This document shows, in pieces, positions 15,321 through 28,786 of a stretch of DNA of 64,000 nucleotides (the first letter of the stretch is position 1; each line of letters begins with the position of its first letter). The notes beneath the pieces were generated by a model. That model worked only from the letters and a program-made list of their open reading frames with translations. It had not been told where the DNA came from and made no database searches. Origin of the DNA: Octopus sinensis (lineage: Eukaryota); the NCBI RefSeq assembly GCF_006345805.1, contig NC_042998.1, positions 116,188,001-116,252,000 of the forward strand, read 5' to 3'. A program made the translations under genes and the position numbers.

Positions 15321-17517
15321 GTTATGTTATGTTTCTGTGGAAGACATTACACTTGTAATTAGCAGCTATCCTAATATGCCATCACTGTACTTTTGTTCAT
15401 AATTTTGTTCAGTTGTAGAACAATAAAAGTGAATGAGAAAATAAGTTATTTTGCTTATCGAAATAAACTACTAAAAATATAAGTTTTTGATTGTTTGAAT
15501 TATCTACCTGGAATAGAATAATGATGCAATGGGTATAATAATACCTACTTTCGAAGAGTAGCATGGTTAGTCATTTCGGGAATAAGAGAATAATTGTATA
15601 ATCACGCACTGACTTACAAACAAACACGCACGCATACTCACGCACACAGATACAAACGCAGAAAGACACACACATATGTAGGAGATTAAATTCATCATAG
15701 TAATGGAATATATCACGGAAGCATAAACAAGAAAATTGAAACAGCACTTTGAATGAGGCAAAGTTTTAAGTCCTACTAGTATTCAACTAGAAAATATTTC
15801 GTGGAAGCAATGAACGCAGAAGTTAAATTTGCTGCATAATAGTTTCTCTATTTTTTTATCGGCCACAATAACTATGAATGAGTATAAATCATTAGCATAT
15901 AGGTGACGCAGTCACAGCCACTCGAAAGTATATAAACAGCAAATGTTATTGTATGGAAATCTGAAAAAAAATTGAATAACAATGGCTTTTTATTGATACA
16001 TCACAAGTCAGGATACAGTTCCATATATATCGAAGTAGGTGAACGCGTTATTGACAGGATAATAGTTGTGTTCCAGGTTTGATTAGAGGTGGGGGTCAGT
16101 TCGCAACTGATTAATATTCACAATATACTAGAATAAATATTTCAGAAAAAAGGCATGAAAGTTATCAATTTGTATGTAGTATTCTTAGATATACAAGAGG
16201 ATATACACCTAATATGTATACATATGTATACATAAAGCAAAACACTGTGTATTTGAAAAGCAACATATTTGGTGAGTAGAGCTAGTGAAATCTTTCTGGT
16301 GAAGCTATTATAAATTTGTATTCATAGATCTCAACGCAAAATATATGCTTCAGGATGACAAATATATACGTTATAATAAGGATACTAGCGCTAAGTTTAC
16401 ACAAATGCAGTTGAGACTTTGTGATACGTTTATACACTAATTAAAGGAAAACCCATCCCATGCATGTTTTCACGATGCGTGAGCAGGGAATAGGAAACGA
16501 GATGACTGTATGGCGACGCGTTAAAGCCAAGCATATATGAGATAAGGTCCTTAAACTCGATGGCTGCTAAAACTTCATTGTAATCAAGGAACTCTGCGTC
16601 ACAAACATAGTTATTCAGACCCTTTTCTTTTGTGAATATCGCATTTGCCATACGTATGCAATGTCTATCTCTATTCACTTGTATTCCCATGAAAGTTATA
16701 TTATATTTTCCCTCTATGCTCACATTTTCTCAATTCATCTTTGTCTCATGGCGAAAATGATTTCAAATCTTACATTCTACATCCGTTCATTTATGATTTT
16801 CATCCCAGTTTTATATACCCGCTCTGTCTGTATATATATACTGAGTTATAAGACTTGTGTTATTATATCTACATCCGGAACTTTTGAGATTAATGATACT
16901 GAGGTATTCAAACCCTCGAAATCAATTTGGATAGAATGTTGGCAGATGAAATGAGTAACACTGCCTTTTAGCGAACTGTGGTTCACGTCCTTCATCGCTA
17001 TTTTGATATACGAATGTATGTGTGCGAGAGAGAGAGAGAGAGAGAATGAGAAAGCAATTATTTAGTTGCATAATCCAGTGTCATTAAAAAATATTTAGTT
17101 AAATTCGATAGTGAAAACCCTCTATCGTTTTCATAACAGTACAAGATCGGAAGGAATTGATGCATCATGCAATGAAGCATTAATCTGCAGTTTTCACAAG
17201 TTAGTGATATGCTTGGTGCATTTTTTGCTCCCATATCGCATTTATGCAGTTCCTTTTGCTATTTCATATTGAAGAGCTGTTCCTGTTATATGTAGTCCTT
17301 ATTGATGGATGTAGTTTGTCTTCATTAGACGATTATGAGATGCGAAGTGCAAAAATATATAAATATAATGGATTTTACAGAGATTGCCAAAGCTTATTCA
17401 GTAATTTTTTTAAAGATAAGAAATATATTTGGCACAAAAATGCCATAATTCAATGCAACGGCTTATATGTATGCATGTATGTATGTATATATATATGTAT
17501 GTATGTATGTATATATG

Positions 17518-17548
<31 letters not shown>

Positions 17549-17929
17549 CTAACCAGATAGAATAACTAAAGGAAAAAGCGACTGCTGATGTAGAAATGCT
17601 GTTGGCATATACACAAGTTTCTTTAATATAATAAAAATTGGAGGAGAGAGGAGATAGACAATTTTTTCTGTCGACACCAGATTTCGCCTGCTTCTCACAA
17701 AATAGAATATTTAGCAGAACATGGAAGAGTATTACAAAATAAACCAAACCCCTTAAAGTTGTGGCAAAATCATTGCCAGAATAAATATCAGTATGTAAAT
17801 ATTACATGTGCAATTATTCTGAAATATATTATATACAAACATAATTTAGATATACAGTGACTCTTATGAATAAGCAAAAATTCAAATATATTTCTACATA
17901 TGTCCACGGGCATGTATATGCATATATAT

Positions 17930-18000
<71 letters not shown>

Positions 18001-18032
18001 CATGCATACCTACATCCATCCATCCATCCATC

Positions 18033-18064
<32 letters not shown>

Positions 18065-18093
18065 CATACATACATCCATCTATACATACATAC

Positions 18094-18124
<31 letters not shown>

Positions 18125-18752
18125 TGTGTGTGTGTGTGTGTTTGTGTAGGCAAAAACTTAAGGAATGTGTTGCGTTCTATAAATAATGTTTTCAGAAGTC
18201 CAACATATGTAGGTAAAAACAAACAGACGGAAAAAAAGACACAGAACGTCAATTAGATGCACAGACGAAGTGAAAACAAACACGGAAGTTCACCAACTTC
18301 TCGTCAGTTAACGGCCAGGTTGTCACGTCATTTTTTGTTGTATATGTATTATTATTATTTTTGTTGCCTTCATCTGGCCCTAAGGCTATATGGTTATGTC
18401 TATTTCTGTATTTTTTGTTCACACAATGTTTGTCCGTCCCGTTTTGTTTTGTTATATTTTGGTCGCATTCAAAGAAAGTTTTCTTACTGGTTGCCTCCAG
18501 AATTGAAGCAATATTATCAATAATGACACAAAATTGCGTTTGACACCCTTGTCATAGCTGGTGACCTTCTTGTGTTTCTTTTCCGTTCGTCGCTGCATTT
18601 AGTATATGCTTTTCAACTTGACGATTTTTATCTTTTTACCGTGCATTTGATTATTACTAAACGTGTGTGACTTTTGAATATGCACACACACACACACACA
18701 AATGAATGCATGAATATATAAATGTACGTATGTGTAAATTTACGTAAGTATG

Positions 18753-18796
<44 letters not shown>

Positions 18797-19100
18797 GTGT
18801 GTGTGTGTGTGTGTGTGTGGTGTGTGTGTGTGTATGTATGTATGTATGAATTGCAGAAGAGTACTGCCGAGTGATGAATACATGTAGAAAGTGTGTGAAA
18901 CATCGAAGTTCAACTGTAAAGTTGTAAAGTCTGTGTTCGTCACCTCATTGTATTTGAACAGAATTTACAATCTTAGATTTGAATTATTATGCGGAAGCAC
19001 GAATTGACTGATATCAAAATATAATAAAATCAAAATGTTCAAATGGTTAAAGTTTTCTTCAGTAAGGAGAGGTTTTATTCGTTAATATTATATAAACTTT

Positions 19101-19275
19101 TGAGCGGCGACCCGGAAGAAGCGTTACATTCTGAGTCCAAATGCCGCCGAGGTAGACTTTGCCTTCCATCCTTTCGAGTTCGATCAAATAAGTACTAGTT
19201 GAGCGCCGGGATCAATGTAATTAACTTAGCCCTGCCATGAAATCCAGGCCTTGTGCCAAAATTTGAAACCAATAT
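19101..19275 (+). mobile_element. SINE family A, 5'-degenerate copy
   Basis: ttctgagtccaaatgccgccgaggtagactttgccttccatcctttcg matches the other copies. Confidence 0.75.
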
Positions 19276-19348
19276 TATATAAGCTTTAATGAATCTGGAA
19301 GTTTTATAAATGCATGCGTTGAATTAAGACTTTATTATACATGGCATA

Positions 19349-19576
19349 TTAGGGGATGCTGAAAAATTCCTGGCTTTAAAGGTATCGCGAAAAACTTGCT
19401 TGGAGGACCAATATTCCGAGTTTTTTCCTTTTTTTTTTTGACGGAGCTAAGAAAAATTGAAGCACGCGGCAATAAATGTATGAATCTGAGAGGGGAATAT
19501 ATTCAATAAAATCATAATTAATTGATCCTCCACTATTTTCTTTTACTGAAAACCAGGTACTTTTCAGCACCTCCTA
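19349..19576 (+). mobile_element. Internally deleted mariner (MITE-like)
   Basis: Imperfect TIRs aggggatgctgaaaaattcctggcttt / aaaaccaggtacttttcagcacctcct, TA at the right end; the interior retains a transposase C-terminal remnant (NKCMNLRGEY). Confidence 0.7.
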
Positions 19577-20179
19577 CTGTTTCCAAGTTATAGGTAAACC
19601 TCTGGAAAATTTGGATTTCTGGTAATTGTTTTAATATAGACGACGGGCAGATTAGAGCTCAAAATGCTTTCATACATTTGAAAATTGTGTCCATCCAGGT
19701 GTATTCTTAGATCAGAATATTTCAATTCCATTCTAGTAATTGAAAAGAAAATCGCTACTTTTGGGATATAGCAAATCTGATCCCCAAACGAAAGTACCAC
19801 AAGCTTATTAAGTCTCTGAAATTATTGGCTCAAAGCATAGATTTCATTGGCTAGAACACGCAATGGGAGTTCTTGATAGAAGATTGCAACCAAGATCGTC
19901 GAAAATCGTATCAATCTTAGAGGTGAAAGAGATTAACCTGTCATTTTTTATTTAATCAAATCCATACCGAATCAGAGGAGATTTAAGCTGCTAGCTAAAG
20001 CACGGCTTATAAAATAACACGATTTATTTTCATTTTTTATAGGTTTTCGTTAAGTTATTTAATTTTAAATCAACATTTAATTTTATAATGAGGGCTATAG
20101 AAGTATAGAATGGTACTCAACCATATATATACATATATAGATACACACATTCATACATATATGGGTGTGTCCATGTGTG

Positions 20180-20430
20180 TATATATCCATATACTTGTTT
20201 CAGTCATCCGACAACGGCCATGCTGAAGTACAATCTTGATGAATTTTAGTCGAACGAATCGACCCCAATTCTTATCTTTTTTAAAGTGTGGGACGTATTC
20301 TATTGACCTCTTTTACTGAATCGCAATGTTACGGGGAATTAAATACATCAACACTGATTGTCAAGCAGAACAAAGTCACTTTTATATAGATATAAGCGAT
20401 GGTATTCTTTCAGTTCTGTGCACAAAATCC
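20180..20430 (-). mobile_element. SINE family B, 3' half
   Basis: Reverse complement of the 3' half of the 49928-50300 element, including the cagcatggcc...gactgaaacaagta tail. Confidence 0.7.
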
Positions 20431-20438
20431 TCTCACAA

Positions 20439-20519
<81 letters not shown>

Positions 20520-20712
20520 GTATATATATATATATATATATATATGGAGAGAGAGAGAGAGAGAGGGGATGAATTTCCATTAAGAGTGCCTTGAGATTTT
20601 TCCCTTTTGGATGTGAATAGGAGTTATCGTATATGCTCGGCAGAATTTAAAACGCACACACGAAACTGAAAAGAGAAATAACTAATTAAAAAAAGTAATT
20701 GATAAAACTTTG

Positions 20713-20782
<70 letters not shown>

Positions 20783-23700
20783 CGGATCCGATAGGTTTTG
20801 TGATTAATATTGACAAAATATGCTAACAGATTACACGAATGCACGTGCGCACATATACATATGCGTCATAACTGGTCCTAAGCGCTGAGTAATATATCAA
20901 TCCACAATCTCACTGCTGCTTCATATTAACCCTTTGAACCCTGGACCCCTGAAACTTACTTGACCATATACCTGGTTCCCATATGCACTTCATCGGTAGA
21001 GCGGTACTACAATATACATAAAAATAGACCATCCACCGGTGAACTGGTGTTACAGACTCAAAGAGTTTATGTGTGCTGGTATATTAGCATAATTTGTCAA
21101 TACTTTATTTTCATCGCCTAGCACTTACCGAGTTCCAAATCTGGTGCTGTTGAAGTTTGCTTTTAATCCTCATAAGATTGGTGACATATATAAATACCAG
21201 TTGAGTATTGATGTTGACGTAAACGTGTATACAATACTAGAAAAGCATCTAGAAGACATGCAAAGTAGACTAGACTTTTGTACCACTTGGACCCGAAGTG
21301 CAGAAAGCCAGAATAAAATCTGGCAGGCATTATGTGGAATAGTCAAACTGGAGGTAGAGATCTACTTAGCAAATAATGGAATATGAATGATTTGATTTTA
21401 TAGAAAATATGCTATTGTCTACGACATATGATATGACAACATCTATATGACACAAATATCAAGAATTCCGTATTGTAATATTCAGGAATGCAATAGAAAG
21501 TACGTGAAACTATGAAAAATGAAGTTTTTTACCCTTGCATATTAAGGGAAATTATATATTTTTGATGTTTCGTAACTATGTATTTCTTTAGTTTTAATAT
21601 TATATTATGGATCGACAAGGATGGCTGGATGTGCCCCCAGATTTAACTTAAGTTGCTCCGATGCAAATGAGTTCGATACCGTTTATGCTTCAATTGAGTA
21701 AGGGCAATTAGGCAAAAGAAATGACCCTGGAGCAAGTCTTAAAGAGTGATATTCTGGGGAAAATTGTTTCGTCAATTTAGTTAAGGAAGTAGTTTAAATT
21801 GACGGTTATTATATGGTTCACGATGAGATGAAATACAAGTGAAAGGAGTGAGCAAGCATGGTTGATATATGCTTAGTTTGTTTCAATAGCAACAGTAAAA
21901 ACTGTAGAGTAAGAAGACAGCACATCCATCAGATTGGTGTTTATTAGTTTTACTTTTCCGCCATGAATATTTTATTTTCGTCGTTTAAACGTTTACGAGT
22001 TCGAACCTCATAGCGTAACCTAATGTGGTCAGTAAATAAATGTCAATCAAATCCTGGAATCGATATAATCAGCTACTCCAAACTATAGATGTTATATTGA
22101 GCCTTGATTATAGATGAGTATTTTCAAATATTTCTTCTCTTATTGGGACATAATGACCTGAATTATTAAACCAGAGCTGACAATGGATGTTGTAACGATA
22201 ATGATGGTGTGGATCACGATGATATTGGTGGAAGTGATGATATACAAGTTGATGAGTATAACGATTCTAACATTTAATAAACGTTCCCTTTATTTTTTTC
22301 AGGAATGATTTTAGAAAAAATATAATGCGTAATGGCACTTTTTTAAAGAAATATATTAATTTACATTCGTTTTATAAGGAAATCGGTCAATTATAACAAA
22401 AAGGTCACTTTAGAAAACTATATTTTATCTAATGTAGTCTTTATTATTGATTTATAAACACGAAGGTTGAAAAGCATTCTAAAACGTCAAGTAGCACTTG
22501 AGAAAAAATGCAGAGAATCTTGCTGCTGCAATATCATTTATGAAGGCAAAAACGTAGCAAACCTATTCTTAAACAAATTTTGCATGAATGGGTATAAATA
22601 TATAAAGGAATTATTCACATCACAAGTGGTAATTTTATTTTTGTAAAACCCAGAGAATAAATATCTAAAGTATTCTGATACACCTTTCTCTTTGTGGTTA
22701 CATTTATTACCAGAAAGGTCGCTCCGACGTTTGACAGTAGGGTTAAATTAAGAATTCAACCATTCATTTGAAGAAAGTCAAAAAGTCATGCATTATCGTA
22801 GTTTTTGATCATACACCCTCAAAGCAAAATCGATACTCTCAGAAGCGCGTACGCAACGCATTGAATAGCACACATAGGAGATTATACACATAAAATCAGT
22901 TCGTAAATGTTTACAATAAAGAAAAGAAGCTTACACATAAAAGGCAACATGCACTCATTACAGATCTGAACGCATAAAGATGAGCCTCGAGCATGATACA
23001 ATATACAACAAAGAGAAAACTCAGATGAAGATAGAACAGTGTTGACAAGAGGCTTATGGCGGTATGTAATACAATGGATACGTTAAGATGATAAATATAC
23101 ATGTATTGATATTATACCATTAAAAGTAAAAACAATGTCATTGCTAATAATGCTATTTTGTATAATGCAACAAGAAGGTTAATAAACAATTTGGATTATA
23201 GGGTCGCATGAAACAACAGAAGATAGGAGAGTACTTATATATTCATTTTATATTATTATTAAGTGACATGTGCATATTATGTAACAAAGGAAATTGAGCT
23301 GATTTATAAAAGAATCTCTATTGTTTGATAATACTTGGAATCGGTTTGATCTTCGATCGACATCCGAAGTCTTATTTTTGGATATGTACGTCGTATCGGA
23401 CAGGATAGTCGCTGGCTTTGATTGGATTCAGTGCAATGCAAATAACTTGGACGAAGACAACCGATGAAGAATGGAGATTAAACCAACCGAAACACGGGAT
23501 ATATATAAATATTAAACATGAATATTTCATCTCTAAAGTCGAGTTAACCTATATAATCATATTTTTTTTTACCAATAACTCATCTGAAACACTTAGACAA
23601 TCTTTAATACTCAAACACATACACGCACACCCAATCGTATATGTGAGTGTGTATATTTTGTGTGCACATATGCAAATATATATATGCATGTGCGTGTTTG

Positions 23701-24447
23701 TATACGATTATACATATACCTACACATAAATATAAATATTTATAAGCACATTTTATATGTAAACATACATGTATGTATGTATGTCTGTGTGTGTAAACAG
23801 ACTTGGGTGCAATTATTAACGCTACAGTCTTTTATATGAATAACCATTATATGAAGAGGTCATTTTATTTAAGTTCGACTTCTAACTGCTCAATATAGGC
23901 TCGGTAATAGGGCTACATACCATGGTACATTACATGATAATGAAATCTTTGCATTGCTTCTACGAAAACTGTCCAAAATAGAACACTATCCTAGAAATAA
24001 GTATGATACTAAGGTTCATTGCAGTGACAAGTTAACAGAACTAGATGTAATGCCATGCAGCATGACTTTCGCTTCTTAGTGTTTTGAGTTCAAATCCTGC
24101 AGGCACCAAGATTACTGTTTATCTTTCCGAGGGCGATTTAAAGTACAAATTTAGAGCGGTAGAGTAGCGGGACACTGAGGCTGTTTTCCGGTTAAAACCC
24201 CATGCTGACTGACTTGAGTGGTATTTTTAACACATCGGTCAGTATAATACACCAACGTGGCATCTTAGGTTACTTTAGAAAGTTCCAATCTATTAAAACC
24301 ATTTGAGTCAAATTTGCAGCCTATGGATTCCTTCCTCACAAAACATCGGTTGCTTTAGAAAGAATCGCGTGGTAATTGCCTGCTTTACTGACTGAGAAAT
24401 ACAACAAATATATCACACACAATACTGATTATACAGCTGTAGGACAG

Positions 24448-24492
<45 letters not shown>

Positions 24493-24799
24493 GGAGATGT
24501 ACTTGCATAGCAAGTGACTTGATCTGAGATCGCTTGCTGAATTCGTCACTTTGAAACCACGACCTGTTCACTGACAAAATGTTGTGCCGCACAAAATGCC
24601 GCTAATGATTCTGTTAAGCCTGCATTCGATTCTACCAGTCCACCGCATTGACTATTACAATAATAATGCAGCCATAATAATGCATTTATGTGCGTAATTC
24701 CTGGGTTTGCATATGATATATCTGAGTGAAAGTTAGTAGTTGAATTAGAAAAAATATGAAGAAATCCAAAAGTGTGGTATCACTTCTGGTGGGACCCAC

Positions 24800-24967
24800 C
24801 GTTACTTCTGTGCCTCCCATTAGTGGAGATTTTCCTCTTCGACTTTGATCCAATCGCCAGTCACTTAAAACACGAACGACCTGAGGTTTTGTAGGATCGA
24901 CCAAGCGGAATGACGATATGTTGACTCCGTGGTGCGTAAATTCTTTTAGCTCATCGTAGCGTATATC
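24800..24967 (-). CDS. Internal exon of a kainate-type ionotropic glutamate receptor (N-terminal domain): DIRYDELKEFTHHGVNISSFRLVDPTKPQVVRVLSDWRLDQSRRGKSPLMGGTEVT
   Basis: 168 nt, phase 0/0, acceptor tcatgttttccAG, donor GTgggt. Resembles GluK [23 protein letters not shown]...W from memory and starts at the same TTL|D boundary as vertebrate GRIK genes. Confidence 0.9.
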
Positions 24968-26395
24968 CTGGAAAACATGAAAGATTAAAACTAAATAGCA
25001 TAAATTATAAATTCTTGGTTACGCAACGTTTTAGTATAATTTCAACACACTCTGTTTAATAGCTTCATGCATAAAGACAAACTAATTACAGAGAATTATG
25101 TAAAGAATTCATATAGCTATGAATATTAAATGGATTTTACACAACACTTTGTAAATAGCCTAGAAAGACGCCAGCTTAACATTTTGGAATCAGGAAGTGC
25201 ATACACACACATATACTGACGCATACTCCCCCAAACAAATAATCCGAAAGTCTCCAACACATAATCGGAGAGACTAAATTTCAAAAGAGGAAATTTTCAA
25301 TTACAGAGAACATACACAGAGCAGCGTATTCCACAAATAATATAGCTATACACATCAAACGATTGAAGTAAAATTAGTGGCACTGCCGAACTCATCTTCA
25401 GCTATCAATTTGAAAATGAGAGGGAAAAAAGTTGTAATATATGTATGTATCTGGGTGTATTAATTATATCACATTTCGTGTAAATTATTAGCATTAACTT
25501 GACTGAAGATATTAAATATATACATATGTTTCGTACGATATGTCTGTGTGTATTTAAAGGGATATACACAAATGTTATTTCATAACGCTTGAGGAAGTTG
25601 GTTTGATATTTGAATGACACAGCTTGGAATGAAGAAAATTGACATCATGCATGTAAGAGAGTATTGAGGTAAGAGACATTTCATTTGAAATGGTATATAA
25701 AAAAAAATTATTTAATTGATAAAAGACTACTACACATTTGTAGAGGATCCCTTGTCAGTTTGAGTCAGTAGTCAGTAGTAATTCCTGGAGGAAAGCCAAC
25801 TGTTGTTAAAGAGAAATGGCTACATGTAAAATGTATGCATCTACTCTGAAATGTGAATTGAAATGCAAATTAAATTGTTTCCACTGTTGTTGCAAACTTC
25901 ATTTTTCTATTGAATACATTGAAATACGCTAAGCGAAGGAAGAAATAAATGCACACTCGTATAGAGAGAAATGCACACATGCAAACACCCATCGATACAT
26001 CCATGAGCGGAAAATACATTAAGTATAGATAATTAGTTGTGTATCTAAATATGCACTAACTATGCGCACGCGTGAATATTTGCGCGTGTATATATGTATT
26101 TACAATGGAATGTATGTTGTACTTAGTATTATTGCTGATATTGTTTTTCCTTCATACTTTGCCCCACTTAGTTTTGGATATGTAGAATGCGATCGTGACA
26201 TAATAAACCTAGATTGGAGCTCGTTTCACCAGGTCTGGATGCAACCAATTTGATATCTAGAGAGCGAGGGAACAACGAAAAGAAAAAAAACAGATGAACC
26301 AGTACTGGGCTAACAATTATCGTCCGTGAAAATATGCCAATCATAGTTGGCGTCATTATAATATAAACTAAGAACACAAAAAAGTTATTTATTCA

Positions 26396-26560
26396 CGAGC
26401 TGGCAAAATTGATAGCACGCCGGGCAAAATGCTTTTTGTTCGATTTTACTTTCTGAGTTAAAATTCTGTCGAGTTGGCTTTGAACGCTGACATAGATTTA
26501 ATCAACCTCCCCTCCCCTCAAATCCTGCTGGTCCTATGCTAAAGTTTGAAACAAATATGA
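26396..26560 (+). mobile_element. SINE family A, degenerate copy
   Basis: gagctggcaaaattgatagcacgccgggcaaaatgc head and ccctcccctcaa...gaaacaaatat tail. Confidence 0.7.
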
Positions 26561-26769
26561 AGCATTAAACATTCAAATTTCGTTGATATTTACAATTCTA
26601 TATTTAAGAGGTGAATTATCTACGTTATTTACATTCGACGGATATTCGTCCTCGTCTTGTTTGTTGTTTACGTAACGTTTGGGCTGATATACCCTCCAGG
26701 CTTCTTCAGATGTCTTGGGGTAATTTCGAACCTGGGTTCTCATTCCTAAGGTATTTTTCGATGTTATTA

Positions 26770-26834
<65 letters not shown>

Positions 26835-26837
26835 GTT

Positions 26838-26908
26838 CAGGTTACTGTTTGGAATCGAACTCGGAATCTTGGGGTTAGTAGCCCACGCTCTTAAACACTA
26901 TGCCATAT
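26838..26908 (-). mobile_element. Short tRNA-like SINE head followed by an (AAT)n tract
   Basis: Minus strand tggcatagtgtttaagagcg (A box) and gagttcgattcc (B box); (ATT)n at 26762-26835 on the plus strand. Confidence 0.75.
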
Positions 26909-26918
26909 TCGAACGGAT

Positions 26919-26989
26919 ATATGGCGTAGTGGTTAAGAGCGCGGACTACTAACCCTGTGATTCCGAGTCCGATTCCAAGCTGTGACCTG
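26919..26989 (+). mobile_element. Short tRNA-like SINE head, head-to-head with the previous copy, followed by (AAT/GAT)n
   Basis: tggcgtagtggttaagagcg A box, gagtccgattcc B-box-like; inverted homologue of 26838-26908 with a 10-nt spacer. Confidence 0.75.
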
Positions 26990-27184
26990 AACAATAATAA
27001 TAATAATGATAATAAAAATATTAATAATGATAACAATAATAATGATAATGGTAATAATGATAATAATGATAATGATAATAATGATAATGATAATAATGAT
27101 AATAATGATAATAATGATAATAATGATAATGATAATAATGATGATGATGATAACGATGATGATGATTTGATGATGATGACGATA

Positions 27185-27225
<41 letters not shown>

Positions 27226-27236
27226 AATGATGATAG
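26990..27236. repeat. (AAT)/(GAT)n compound microsatellite
   Basis: Seen directly. Confidence 0.95.
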
Positions 27237-27237
27237 T

Positions 27238-27420
27238 AGAATCGTTAGCACACCGGGCAAAATGTTTAGCAGTCTGTCTTCACGTTCTGAGTTTAAGTTC
27301 CACCGTGGTTTACTTTGCCTTTCAATTTTTCGGGGTCGATAAAGTAAGTACCTGTTGAAAACTGGGGTAGATGTAATCGATTTATCCCCTCCCCAAACCT
27401 GCTGCCCTTGTGCTAAGCTT
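27238..27420 (+). mobile_element. SINE family A copy
   Basis: gaatcgttagcacaccgggcaaaatg...ttctgagtttaagttcc...ttcggggtcgataaagtaagtacc. Confidence 0.75.
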
Positions 27421-27499
27421 CGAATTCATCAACATCATCATCACACTTCTCAGACTGATTGCATGTCAATATCTTTTGATCAGGGGCGTGTCATAACGA

Positions 27500-27740
27500 A
27501 TTACCATGGGTTCTGTCAACTTCGTTATTTCAGTTACACAACTTCTCAAAATCATGGCTTGTTCCAAGTAGTGCTGCTTTCTGCAACATCTCAGACTTGA
27601 TAATGAGTCCATGCTTGGCAACCCACTTCTGAAAACAGATTTTTACGGTTCCAAGTGCCCTTATCACAACAGGTAATAACCTATACTTCCTCTGTTCTCA
27701 CAAACTTGCTATCTCATGCTTCAAATCTGTGCCAAATAAC
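27500..27740 (-). mobile_element. 3' fragment of a REL-type (R4/Hero-like) LINE
   Basis: Minus translation LLPVVIRALGTVK...QKWVAKHGLIIKSEMLQKAALLGT, the typical C-terminal GALG...LQKAxLLGT motif. Confidence 0.7.
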
Positions 27741-27799
27741 TATATTAACATACAATGTGACTTGTAGCTTCTATGTGAATTATCATAATTATCATTAAA

Positions 27800-27945
27800 A
27801 CAGCGAGTTGGCAGTATCCTGGAAAGGATGTAAATGAAAGTCGATCTCCGCAGAATTTGAACTCCGCAGAATTTGAATGTAAAGATGGGCGAAATACCAC
27901 TAACCATTTTGTCCGGCGCACTAACGATTCTGCTAGTTCTCCGCC
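27800..27945 (-). mobile_element. SINE family A copy with a 16-bp internal tandem duplication
   Basis: Reverse complement of the family A head; ctccgcagaatttgaa present twice. Confidence 0.7.
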
Positions 27946-28378
27946 GTATGAGACACGTTATACTCAATTTTTATTTTTCATTTTATATATAAAATTTAAT
28001 ACTTAGTGCAATATATTTCTTCCCTTCCTTTCATGGTCAAAAACAACCAGCCAATTATTAACCTATTAATTCTAATTTAGATTGATTCTGATATTTCATT
28101 TTTGTTATAACCCTCACTGTTTCACATTTCTTTAATTAGATATTGTGTTACATTTTTAAATTTGTTGTATAATTAGATGATACAAACATGAGAGAGAAAG
28201 AAAGAGAGAGAGAGAGAAAGGAAAAAAAAGAACTACATGCAATGTAGTTCTGATTTCACTAAAAATATTGTAATTTCAATTATTGATTTGTTTCTATATA
28301 ACCTTGATGCCACAGACGTTATAATTAAATGTATTGTGTGTGTGGTTATCTAACCTATAATTCTATATAGTATAGATG

Positions 28379-28461
<83 letters not shown>

Positions 28462-28680
28462 ATCAATATAGGGTGGCAAAAAATTTTGTAGAATTTTTTT
28501 GCCACCAGCGGCCTAGTGGGAAAAAATTAAATAGTCATAGACCATTTTTAAGTTCAACATCACAATCAAGGAACGGCCATAATAGGCCATTCACCCACTA
28601 GAAATAACAGCCAAAGCTTCAACCGCAAATAAACATCAATTCCGTAAACCAGGAGAAAATTAAAAAACATTTACCCTGTA

Positions 28681-28786
28681 ATTTCTTATACGATGCACCG
28701 TTTCATCTACTGTTTAATGGTAAACTAACCTGATTAAATTAAATCAAGCCAATCTTCTATAGGCCTTAGAATCATCAGTAAGAAAT
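28681..28786 (-). ncRNA. Identical inverted copy of the 29243-29348 hammerhead motif
   Basis: Exact reverse complement inside the inverted segment. Confidence 0.65.

Noticed and set aside
16430-16723. 97-aa protein-looking minus ORF (..GLNNYVCDAEFLDYNEVLAAIEFK..)
   Set aside because: No motif I recognise, stop directly upstream, no convincing splice sites; ORFs of this length arise by chance. A BLASTP would settle it.
26919-26989. Possible genuine tRNA gene
   Set aside because: A and B boxes are present but I see no complete acceptor stem, and it runs into an AAT tail with a diverged inverted twin; treated as a SINE head.
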